Positions 38,076 to 50,045 of a stretch of 64,000 nucleotides of DNA are shown here, one piece after another; position 1 is the first letter of the stretch; the number at the start of each line of letters is the position of its first letter. The DNA lies in NCBI RefSeq assembly GCF_009834535.1, contig NC_045696.1, forward strand, positions 75,084,001 through 75,148,000. Reading direction: 5' to 3'. This DNA is from Camelus ferus (taxonomy: Eukaryota). Both the position numbers and the translations under genes were made by a program. The notes below the pieces were generated by a model. That model searched no databases, was not told the origin of the DNA, and was given only the letters and a program-made list of their open reading frames with translations.

Positions 38076-40299
38076 CAAAACAGCCATGGCTACATTGTAC
38101 TTGTTGCTTGGCTTTTACTGGGATGCCCCCTTAGAAAGGACAGTTTTACTCACAAGGGACTGGAGCAGGCAGGTAGATACTATTATGGGACTTCTAGTCT
38201 AGTAAATTATCAAAACACTTGAGCAAACGCTTTGTCCTGTTTTAAGCACAATTAGTGCTTGGTCCATAGAGTTTACTTAACACACATTTGTCAAGCACTA
38301 ACGCTATATATCAGATAATCTTCTAAAAAGCACTTTATTAATGTTACCCCCAAATTTATTGGAAAATTTCCTTTCCACTTAAGAAAACTTTGAAATTGTG
38401 AGGGAAAAACTTTATTGTGTCAGAAAGTCAGAAGAATACATTAGTAATAAGAAAGTACGCACTGCAGGATGGTGAGTTCCTAGCTTTGGGCTTAGCGGGG
38501 CGGGGCGGCACTCCCCTTTCAGCATCCAGTCTGGGGCTCTTCCTGGGGGAAGCTGCCACCCATTCTCCGACAGGGCATGGGTTTTGAGTGCTCAAAGCTA
38601 CCGCATCTGGAAGGAAGAGAATTCAGTCGAGAATTTGTCCCTCTAGTGGTGAAGACTTTTCTGTCCAACACTAAAATTGGGAAAATTCCTGACCTGTCAG
38701 TGGAGTCTTGGGACTACCCACTCCTCTATCCAATTACTCTGCATTTCTGTGAATAAGTCGTAGAACAGAGCATTAAATCACAACTGGATCAGCTATTGCA
38801 AAGTTTATGTGACCTGAAAGAACTTTCTCAGAGAGAGGAAATTCTTTTTTTTTCCCATTAGTTAAATCACATAAACAGACATACATACATTTTCACTGTC
38901 AAATATTCCAACACTTTTGAAAAGGGAAAATATTCCTTAAATTCCCATTTTCCCAATCCCACTTTTCCCTTCCTAGAGGTAACTAGTACTATTAGCATAG
39001 TGTTTATGCTTCCAAACATTTTTCTCTGTATCTCTAAGTATGTAGTTTTTATGTTTTACTGGAGAAGATTTCTAAGTCCTGTACTTTTAATATCTATTCT
39101 AATGCTTCTTATTTAACCATGTATTCTCATCTCTATCCCAGATTTGCTAAACTCTTCCATGTACTACACTAGATATGAATTTATGCACCCCAGATACAGC
39201 TTAAAAATACACTCTAGGGAATGAAAACAAATGACCAAAGTTGAAGAGTTCACTGCTGTAGAAGAATTTTATTTTAAAAGGCAAGCAGTGACACCTTAGT
39301 TATATTATATTTCCTGTTTTGGATGGAGAGAGCTGTAAGGCAAAGCCTTTCCCGGAACTGAGAAGTGTGCCTCTGTTTTTGCATAAGGACTGCCTTTCTC
39401 TTTGCTCTAGTGCCAGTGGCTCTTGGCAGCCTGGTGCGGGTGGATTTTCATTTGCTGAGTGTGACGCTGTTCCTCCTCTGTTCCCTTCCTCCACCTATGC
39501 AGGAGGACTGATGCATTTTGTTCCGTAGGAATTCTCTCTGATTGCTGGCAGAACAGTATCCAGCCGACAGGTTTGTAAGCATTGTGTTCTGCAGGTGTTC
39601 ACTCTCAGAATGGCAATTGCCTGATACCATTGTATATTTCATCCACATGCCCTCCTGCCAAGTCCTTCTTAGTGGACTGAGGAAAGAGAATGAGCAGCTT
39701 CATATTTCTTTGCATGGGATCACCATCTTATCACTTGGTAGCTTGCAAGGAAACAGGAATTCATCTTTGGGCTCAAGGACTCCACAAAGTCACTACCAAT
39801 TAAGAAAACTGTGGCCCGTGCTGGATTTCAAGAGAGATTTGTATGCTGTCTCATAATTGCCCTATCACAGGTGGTTGCCACTTTTGGAATTCATGGGTTG
39901 ATGCGCTGAAGAGTAAAAGCAAAGAATTCGAAGAAGGGACCCATTTCTAAATTAAATCTGGCCAAGACACTCTTTTGCTTAAAAACTTTCACTGGTTCTC
40001 CAATGCCTAAAATTTAAATTCTGTTGTCATAGAATTAAATCAAAGCCTTCTTAAGGCAGAGCTTATAAACCAGCAGCGTAGGACTGAATTTGTCTTGCAA
40101 GTATAGTTCATGTGGCCCCACAGTGTTCTAGAAAAATTAGAACTAGTTACCAAGAGACCAAGGTCAAGGGATTTAACGTAAAATTTTGATTTGTGGACAT
40201 ACTGGCCAGCATTTCTGTATAAATCAGATGCAATGAGTTGTGGCTGCACTCTTTGGATGGGGCATGAGCCCTCCACTTTGCAACAACCCACCGTGTATT

Positions 40300-40757
40300 G
40301 GACTCCTCTGGGGCTACAGGTACTATAAGCGTTGCTTCTGCCCCACGGCTTCTTTGCTACTGCAGGATGGGAATCAGGAAAGAATGCTCTAAATTTTCTG
40401 ATGCAGGTGCAAACCTGTATGTGTCAAGATGTTAATACCCTAGGTGGCAACGCTTTAGTAATGAGGATCAAGAGCCAGCTGATCAATACTCCCTATTTTT
40501 ATGTCTTAGGGGGTAATTCCAAGGTGTGTTCTACACAGCAATTCTCCAGAGCTCCTGGGGAGTCCCCAATGAAAGAGCTGCAGTTTTCCACCGCAGTATC
40601 CGGATCCACATTCACCCTTGAATTGGCTTTCTCTCCTCATTTTCACTCTTTCCAGTCCCTCACTCTCATTCCCTGGGAACACCTCCTAAAATAAACTGCT
40701 TGTTCGTAAGCCCCTATCACAGGTTCTGCTTTTCAGGTGAGCACCAATGCTGAGACC
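40300..40757 (+). mobile_element. ERVL LTR (LTR16-like) remnant
   Basis: The 3' end ctgggaacacctcctaaaataaactgcttg...ggttctgcttt...ctgagac resembles LTR16. The 5' boundary is uncertain. Confidence 0.55.
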
Positions 40758-41254
40758 TCCTCCATTCCCTATTTTCTTAACCAGCTCACTTGATTCATCC
40801 AGTTTCCCTTCCTGGCTCTGCAGGCCTTTGCAGTTATGACCCTGGCTTAGAGATTCACCTTCAGGGACTCATCCCAGGTATTCTACACCATGACCATCCC
40901 CAGCAAGTCCTCAGACACTCCATGCCCTTTGCTAGTGCTGTTTCCTTTGCTTGAAATCCCACTTCTGCAGCCCTACACTGATTCCTTACTACCCTCCTTC
41001 CATCAGCAAATTCCTACTCAGCCTTCAAGGCCAACTTCAGTTTAGATACTGCTGGGGACCCTTCTCTAACTCCCCCACACTCAAGCATCTTTAAAGGCCA
41101 AGGAGAAAGAGCTAGGAGAGAGGGAGAGATTGCAGACAGAGGAAGAAGACACTGATGGAGCCAGCTCTGGTTGGCGATGATGGGAGTGGCATCAGGAGCA
41201 CAGATACAGGGGCTTACCTCTAAAAGGAGATGGACTCTTCATTCTCTGAGATAG

Positions 41255-41520
41255 GAATAATGATAGCAAACATTGCTATATATCTACTACGCCCTAGGCA
41301 CTGTTCTGTTTTCAAAATGTTTAATAAATATAAGCTTTTCTTCTTCGCAAGGACTCTCATATACTGTGAGGTATGTATTATTACTACCCCCACTTTACAG
41401 ATTAAAAAATTGAGGCACAGAGAGGTTAAGTAACTGCACAACATCACACAACTGGTAGGGAGTCAGGTTGCCAGGCTGTCTGGTTTCAGAGTTCGTACTC
41501 TTGACCAGTATGTCTTATCA
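41255..41520 (-). mobile_element. MIR SINE
   Basis: MIR core: ccccactttacagattaaaaaattgaggcacagagaggttaagtaact. Confidence 0.88.
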
Positions 41521-43069
41521 CTTCTTAAGGGAAGCTAATGTATTAAAGATACATGTAAGGAAAAGAAAGCTGAGATGGGTGATGTTAGTTGACCTAAATT
41601 TTCTCAATGGAGTAGGAGACAATGACAGCCACTGTGATTGTAGGAGGTGGTGACCCTGTTTGAATTTGACTAGAAAGTGAGAAAAAGAAGCAGGAAGAGC
41701 AAATTGGTCTTGATCTTATGTTTCAAAAGCTTTTAAAATATCAGTAACACTGTGCCTGCCTCTTAGCATATTGTCAAGTACTTGGCAAATGAAATTCTAC
41801 TTTTGCCAAATAGCATCATTCCTCTCTTGTTCGTTTTCCTTGTGGCACTTCCAGAAACCATAGTGCCTGAGGCCCTGATATGTTTTGGAAATGATAGTTA
41901 CAGGAGTGAACCTCAGACTTTCCAGAACATGGGGAAATGTGCTTCTGGAAAAAGGACCTTGGCCTTCCTCAGCATTGCTGTGACCACCTAGCACGGGTTT
42001 GGGCACGTTTTGAAGTCTGACGTAGCCTCGGTGGTTTCCAGGACAGAGGGGCATTAGATCTCCATGAGAATGGAAGATGCGTCTCCTGTCCAGCAAATTT
42101 TCATGCCCAGGATGATGGTTTATCCACAGCCTGTGGAACGTGGGGGGACCTGGAAAGTTTCGCTTCTGTTTGTGTTATCACCTGCTTTATGTAACCATTC
42201 TCAAAGTTTTCACATCATCGCCATTAAAGAAACATCACCTGCTTGATGTCTGTGGGAATCTTTCCCTTAACTCATAACCATCCTTGGGGAACACACACAA
42301 CTGATTCACCACAACATGGGCAGGAATAAGCGTGGAGTGATGGAAGGACACTGTGCTGGACTTGGGGATGTAACACTCAAATGATTACATTTAACACATT
42401 TAATCAGGAGCCTAAATCAAAGTAAACCAACCAACCAAAAGTGTGTTTGCATATGTAGGTAAAGTAATGGGAAAGAAAATGTGGGAAAGGGAAATTGCAT
42501 TTTCCCATTGAGGCTGGTTTTCCCATATTTAGTTTTGTGAAAATCTTGTTCGCCATCACCATCCTTGCCTTATGGAGTAAGGCGAAATAAAAGCCCTTAA
42601 GCTGGGGCAATTACCATTTCACTCACCGGATGGCAACAAATGATAGAACAAGAGTGAAGAATAAAAAGTAACATTCTGAAAACAATCAGGCCCTTTCAGC
42701 CTCAGGGCTTTCTGAGGTGAGGCTGGAGATCTCAAGCTTCAGGGGCAGTATAATCCCTGGGGTGCGGGTTCTTCAGCCCCACTCTCAGCGGCCCCGAATT
42801 AAGTCAACCTGAGCTGAGTCAAGAAATCTGCATTTTAAACAAGTACCTAAGGTAACCCTGATGGAGGGGGGCCCACACTAGTTTAGATGGAATGTTTTGC
42901 TTTTGTTTTAAAAAGATAAGAAAATGAAAAGTAAGTATCGCTTTAAAACTTTAATTTATTGCCAGGATTATTAAGATGAGTAGCCTGGCAAAATCTTGAT
43001 ACTTAGGCTGAGTTTGTCTAAATTGTCAATGTTTGTTATGTGTACTGGTCCTAATACATAGTATTCCCT

Positions 43070-46000
43070 TATTAACCCTTTGTTGGCTGTGGGATCTATA
43101 GTGATATCCCCCTTTTATCTATAATTTGTGTCTTCTCTCTTATTCACTTTTGTCAGTCTTGCTAGAGGTTCATTGGTTTTATTGATCTTTTCAGAGAACT
43201 AGTTTTGTGTTTGATTTTTCTCTATTGTTTTTCTGTTTTCAATTTCATTGCTTTCTTCTCTTTAGTATTTCCTTCCTTAGGCTTGCTTTGGGTTAATTTT
43301 GTTCTTCTTTTTCTACGTTGTTGAGGTGGAAGTTTAGACAATCTATTTGAGATTTTTCCTTGTATCTGACATACACATTTAGTACTATAAATTTCATTCT
43401 TAGCACAGCTTTAGTAATGATATTTTGTACTTTCACTTTTGTTCAGTTTAATATATTTTTAAAAATTTCACTTGAGACTTCCTCTTTGACTCACGGATTA
43501 TTTAAGAGTGAAGGGTGTGTTGCATAACTTCCAAGTGTTTGGAGATTTTTCAATTTTTCTATTTTTCATTTCTAGTTTGATTCCACTGTGGTCAAAGAAC
43601 ACTGTATGATTTTAATTCCTTTAAATTTGTTGAGGTTTATTTTATGGCCCAGAATATGGTCTATTTTGGTATATATTCTGTGGCAACTTGAAAAGAATGT
43701 GTATTTTGCTGTTCCATGGAATATTCTATAAATGATTAGATCATGTTGATAAGTTTTTGAGTCCTATATCCTTGCTGATTTTCTATCTGAATGTTTTAGT
43801 AATTGTTGAGAAAGGAGTGTTCAAGTCTCCAACTGTAACAGTGGATTTGTCTATTTCTCCTTTTAGTTTTATCAGTTTTGCAGCACATATTTTGAGATTT
43901 ATAGTTGGTGTTATCTACACCCAGGACTGCTCTGTCTGCTTGCTGGGTTGGCCCCTTTATTATTACGTGATGTCTCTTTCTGTCTCTAGTCATTTTCTTT
44001 GTCCTGAAGGCTTCTTTGTCTGATATTCACATATCCACCAGTGCTTTTTTAATGAAAGTGTTCATGGTACGTATTTTTCCACGCTTTTACTTTCAACGTG
44101 CTTACATTGCTTTATTTAAAGTGAGTTTCTTATAGACAGTATATAGTTAGGCCATAATTTTTTAATCCACTCTGCCAGCCTGCGTCTTTTATTTTTATTT
44201 TATTTTTTTTTTTTTTTGGTAAGGGGGAGGAGGTAACTGGGTTTATTTGTTTATTTATTTTAATGGAGGTCCTGGGGTTTGAACCCAGGACCTTGTGCAT
44301 GCTAAACACGCACTATCACTGAGCTATACCCTCCTTCCGGCCTGTCTTTTAATTGTTATATTTAAATCATTTCCATTTAATGTAGTTATTGACTTATCTA
44401 TAGTGTTTTGGTGGTATATCTTTGTGTAGCATTTTTAATGATTGCTCTAGGTATTACATTATGTATACTTAACATCACATTTTACTAGTGTTGTCCTTTT
44501 AGTATTTCAAGTGAAGTGTAGAAAACTTACCCCCATTACATTCCTTTATCCTCTCCTGTTTATAATTGACTTAACTATTTTCTCCACAAACATTTAGAAC
44601 CAGGTCACAGTCTAATAATTTTTGCTTCAACTCTCAATCATAATATAGAAAACAGAAGTGCAAAGGGAAAGTCTATTGTATTTACTCATATTTTTGGTTC
44701 TTGTGTTTCCAAGGTTGCTACCTTTATCATTTCCTTTCTGTTTAGAGAACTTTCTTTAGCTATTCTTTTAGGGTAGGTATGCTGGTGACAGATTTTCATA
44801 GTTTTTCCTTTGTCTCGGAGTGTATTGATTTTCTCTTCCTTCCGAAAGGTTATTTTTGCTAGATATAGGATTCTGAGTTGACAGTTCTTTCTTCAGCACT
44901 TGAAAAATGTTGTGCCACTTCCTTCTGGCCTCTGTGGTTTCTAATGAGCAATCCACTGTCATTCACGTAGTTTGTTCCTATAGATAACATGTCTCTTACT
45001 GCTGCCAAGTTTTTGTCTTTCACTTTCAGAAGTTTGACTATAGTGTGTTTTGGTGTGGATTTCCTTATTTGGGATTTTCTCCCAAACTGAATCTGTAGGT
45101 TTATGTTCTCTGCCAAATTTGGGGAGTCTTTATGCATTATTTCTTTGAGTTTTTCAGCCCTTCCCTGTTTCTCTTCTCTTTTTAGAATTCTGATGACATA
45201 AATGTTTGATCTGTTGCTATCCTCCCACAGGTCCCTGAGGCTATGTTCATTTCTTTAAAAATGTATTTCTTTTTGGTTGTTCAGATTGGGCAATTTCTAT
45301 TGCTCTATCTTCTATTTCACTGATTCTTTCCTCAGTCCATTTCATTCTGCTCTTGAGCCCATCCACTGAGTTTTTTATTTTAGTTATTGTATTTTTCATT
45401 CCTAATACTTCCATTTCACTTTTCATTAAATCTTCTGTTTCTTTGTTGAGACTTTCATTTTTTTATTTGTTTCAAGTGTGTTTATTATTGTTCATTGAAG
45501 CATTTTTATAATAGATAATTTAAAATATTTGTCAGATAATTTTGTCATCTCAATGTTGGCATCTATTAATTATCTTTTTTATTCCCTTTGAAATCTTCCT
45601 GTTTCTTAGTATGGTAGATGATTTTCTATCAAAATCTGGGCACTCAAGATAGAATTTGTTATGAGACCTTGGATCTTAATTAAATTCCCTGTATTAGCTG
45701 GCTTCCTGAAGCCCAGCTCCAGCAGGAATGGGAGGCAGAGCTTTGTGACTGCCAGGTGAGGATGGAAGTCCAGGTTTCCCACTTGGCATCTATTGACATT
45801 CAAGAGGAAGCTCTGTATTACTGCTGTTCAGGGCTGGGAGTTCTAGCTCCCCATTCAGCCTCCACTGACACCTGCCTGGCTGAGAGGGGCTGGAGTGCCT
45901 TGTTATTTCTCCCCAGACAGACTCAAGTAGCACCATGCAGGAAGAGTGGCCTCATCACTACCGGGCAGTGGTGTGTATCCTGACTCATCAGTAGGCCCCC

Positions 46001-46570
46001 TCTCATACCACACCAGCGGGGAGATGGAAGTCCAGGCTCCCATGTGCTCTCCACTGACCCTGCTGGAGTGGGGAGCTCATTCCTGGCTGACGGGAATGCA
46101 AGTCCAGGCTCTCTACATGGCCTTCTCAGACACAACCCTGGCAGGGGAGCCAGGTGAGGGTGGAAGTCTAGTTCCTACTCAGCCTTTGTTGGTGTGTGTT
46201 GGGAACCAGTTCTTTTCTGTGGTGTTTGGCTCAAGTATAGATGTTATTGTCTGAAAGTTTACTATTTTGCTTGGCTCCTCTTTGTTTAGTCCTTTGGCTA
46301 GAGACAGCAGGCTTGTGTTGGAGCTTTTAAAAAATCTGCATTTGTTTATTGGACAGCTGGTCTCCTTAGCTCCAAGTCTGGGCATATATGAGGCAAACAG
46401 AAAATCCAGGGTACCATAACCATGTCATTCCGTGGGTCTTGAGGTCCCTAACTATTTTGCCTTCTTTCCTCCACCTTTCTGATTGTTTTTATGTTTGTTT
46501 CACATATAACGTTGTACTTAGTGAGAAGAATAGAGAAAAGCACATTACCTCATCTTCCCAGAAACAGAAG
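43070..46570 (-). mobile_element. Old L1M element: 5' UTR, ORF1 and ORF2 endonuclease region, antisense
   Basis: Minus ORFs 44859-45137 (NLQIQ..STPKHTIVKLLK) and 44768-44962 (ETTEARRKWHNIFQVLK) are L1 ORF1. The region 43100-44150 matches the ORF2 endonuclease; many indels. Confidence 0.9.
44191..44338 (-). mobile_element. tRNA-Ala-derived SINE (Vic-1-like), longer copy nested in L1
   Basis: The reverse complement reads gggtatagctcagtgatagtgcgtgtttagcatgcacaaggtcctgggttcaaaccccaggacctcca, then ttaaaataaataaac..., then poly(A). Imperfect TSD gcctg(cg)tctttta. Confidence 0.88.
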
Positions 46571-47239
46571 TCCAGAGATTTAAAAATCCATCTCCACAAA
46601 ACAAATGTGAGCTATGAGCTATAGCTACTATTTCTACTTAACATTTTATTATGGAGATTCTCTTTAGGCTGTAAGCCCCTGAAAATTACCACTTTCAACT
46701 GTTGTATAACATAGCATTGCTTCAATGGGCCTTAATTTGTTCAACTAATCCCTTTGTTTACATTTTTCACCAGTGTAGATAACACTAAATAAACGTAATT
46801 TTTCATAATAATTGTCCAACTCTCTGCTTATTTTCTTAATATATATTTCTAGAAAGGGAGTTCCTAGATCAGGAGGTACAAAACATTAAAAAGCCCTTGG
46901 TACATATTTGTTTCCAGAACAGTTGTACTGATTTTTACTCCTAAAAGCAGTGTATGAGAAGGCCAGACTTCCTGTACTCTAAAATTGAATACTATCAGTT
47001 AAAGTTTTTACTTATTTAAAAGGAAAAAAGAGTATTTTAAAATTTTAAATAGGATTTCTTTGATTAAGGATTTCTTGAGGTTAAGCTTCATTACAATTCT
47101 AATTCAATAACTTTATGAACAATATAGAACCTTAGAAAAACAAATCACCATATTCTGGAGATTTAAAGCTTGATAATATCATGGTATGATATGATATTGT
47201 AATATCATATAATGATAATACATGATATATCATAATATT

Positions 47240-47460
47240 ACATGAATCTCCATGTGTGATAAAATCACACAGAACTATATATTCACATAGAAATGCATAC
47301 AAATGAGCACATATAAAACAGGTGAAATCCGAATAAGGTCTGTAAATTGTACCAATGTTAATTTCTTGACTTTGATATTGTACTCTAGTTGCATAAATTG
47401 TTACCATCGGAGGAAACTGGTAGATGGGTACATGGGACCTCTATGAACTATTCTGTAAGT
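47240..47460 (+). mobile_element. L1M 3' terminal fragment
   Basis: ggtgaaatccgaataaggtctgtaaattgtaccaatg...ttaccatcggaggaaactggt...gggtacatgggacctct is a typical L1MD-type tail. Confidence 0.75.
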
Positions 47461-48449
47461 TTTGATAATCAGTGTCCTCTATTTTCATAAACACTTTTCT
47501 TTTGGAGTGTCTGAACCAGTCTGGCTCTTAAAGTAGTTTCTTTCAGTTTCTCTGCTTAGATCAGGGACAAAAGTTGTCTTTACTCTAGCTGTCACACCTG
47601 AATCTGATATGGAGACTTGTCCTTGGTCACAGGGAGGCCTCACTCCTGCTGGACATATCAGATATTTGGCTGGGACATTGCTTCATGCCTTGTTCCTGAC
47701 TCATACCTGAACCTGGAATTGCTATTTTCCACTTCATTATTCTGCTGGTTGGGACACTGTGTCTCCTGCCATTTAACCCCAGCTGGAAATGGAGTTTGTT
47801 CTGTCCTTTGTTTTTCCCAGAAGAGGATCTTATAATTGTCCACAGAACCTGTGACAATGGGGGCACATGAAGAATATTGACAGGATGGTCTCTGATCAAA
47901 AGTAAGAACAGGCACATAAAATGACTGAGTTTTAAAATAGTAAATAATTCTCCGAAGACTATAATAATAGTAAAGAGATCAGGGTGAAGGAATATTCCTA
48001 GGCTGTTGGGATTTCTTCTGTCAGGCAGGACCAGAGCCAGGACTTAAAAGGTTGTTTTTCATTATATCTGCTCCCATAATAATAAAAATCAAACTTCAAC
48101 TTTCATAGTTATGATTTGGGTCATAGAAAACATCCTCACTTAGACATCAAAGTTAATGTGCCTTGCAGGTACATTCCCAAAGTACAGAATTGACAAAATA
48201 TTTTATTCAAAAGAGGTCTTTTGAAATAGGTTTGTGTGTCCAGATCAGAGAGGGTAATGGTTTCATCGGACTTTGAATTAGTAGGCGGGAATTTGGAGTG
48301 CCATGTCCAGTTTGTGATATTACACTTTGATGGGGCCAGCATATACCAGCACAGTTTCTCAAGTATGGATCTTACGCCACCTGCATCAGGAAGGGAGACC
48401 TAAACATTCTGCTTCAGATCCCATCCTAGATATCCTGACTACATCAGAA

Positions 48450-48935
48450 TGTTATGGCAGGGAAGTTTGTGTGCCCAAGGCACAGTGAGGACAAACGAAC
48501 CGAAACTTCAGAGTTTGGAGCAGAAAAATGTTTATTGCAGGGCTGAGCAAGGAGGATGGAGTGGCTCACGCCTAAGAAAACCCCGAACTCCCCAAAGGGT
48601 TTCAGCAAAGCCTATTTAAAGGCCAGGTAATGGCGGTTGTCACAGGGTAGCAATCAGCTCGTGCACAATTCTCTGATCGGTTGATGTTGAGGTAACAGGG
48701 TGGTCAACACTGTCAACCCTTAGGTGCCAGAGGGTCTGGGAGCTACTTGCTCTCAGTCTTTAAGTAGTCCATTTCTTCCCTTAGGTGGTGGTTTTTAGCA
48801 TCTGAAAAACTCAGGAAATATACATGAGATACTATTATTAGAGAGGACCTATAGCAGATCAGAGAGGACATACAGCAGAGGTTATGGGGGAGGGGTCTGT
48901 CCCAGGAAGGCCCCACAGGGTCCTGCTCTGGTACA
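48450..48935 (-). mobile_element. ERV1-type solo LTR inserted in a MER5-like element
   Basis: TG...CA termini with a 4-bp TSD AGAA (48446-48449, 48936-48939). Minus-strand TATA-like TTTAAATA at ~48613-48620 and AATAAA at 48531-48536. Confidence 0.85.
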
Positions 48936-49656
48936 AGAACATGGGGTGGGGCTGGGGCTGGGGCTGGCAGGCTTCATTTCACCTTTAACAAGCATTCCAG
49001 GTGATCCTTAGGAACACTGAAGTTTGATGTCAAAACACAGCCCCTAGTGTTTTGAGAGACCCTGGAAACCATGCCATCTGAATTTCAAAGGGTACTGCAG
49101 CTATTTAATCTAGAGAAGAGCAGGGACTGACGACTCTCTTCATTTCTCAAGAACTGCCACGGAGAATTATTCTCGCTAATCCAGAAGTCCTCAGATCAGT
49201 AAATATGAGTTATATGGAGGCTGATTTCATGCCAAAGTGAAAAGAAACTTTTTTCTTTCAAATTAACATTTAAAAGTGTAAGAGTGCCTTGGTAGTAGCC
49301 TTCTGCATACTGGAAAATCTCAGTCAAAAGGTACAGGATCACGTGGAATGGAGCAAGGATCTACATCTCTAAAACATTTTCCAAGAATCTGTGATCCTAT
49401 GTCATTTAATTAGTTCTTCTGCCTTCAGGGTAAGGTCTGTTTGGAAAATCTACATAATTTACATCTTCCCTTGTTAAGCCTTGGTAACCAGTGTGTTAAC
49501 TGCTTTCTGCTTTGAGGTGCTTTTCCAGATGAGACCTAAATCCCTTTTGATATGTTGAGTCGCCTTCTCAACCCTAGACGTCTATCCAAAGCTGAATTTG
49601 AAAGGTTTCCAGGCATGACAGTGTCATGGATGCTTTCCATTATCCTTCTACTTCTT

Positions 49657-49994
49657 TCTTTCTTTCTTTCTTTTTTTTTTAGGTTTTCCAGTCAGGCTTT
49701 TATTATAAAGAAGGTTCCAGAGCGTCCCAGCCTCCCCCTCCCGCGCAGCCCCGAGACTGTCTGGTGCCGGGTGGGTCTGCGCCAGCGGCCGGGTCTTCAC
49801 AGACGGAGCTTCTGACAGCTCAGGAAGGGCAACTTTCTCAGGGCGTCGCGGGGGTCTCTGCCAGGTCTGCCGGTCCCTGGAGCAGTCGTTTCCAGTGTTG
49901 CGCTGGGAGCCCCTGGGGACCTCTCCCCGGGTCCTCTGCGCGAGCGGCAGCTATTCACAGTTGGCGAGTGGTAAGTTTTTTAATATAAAAGCTT

Positions 49995-50045
<51 letters not shown>

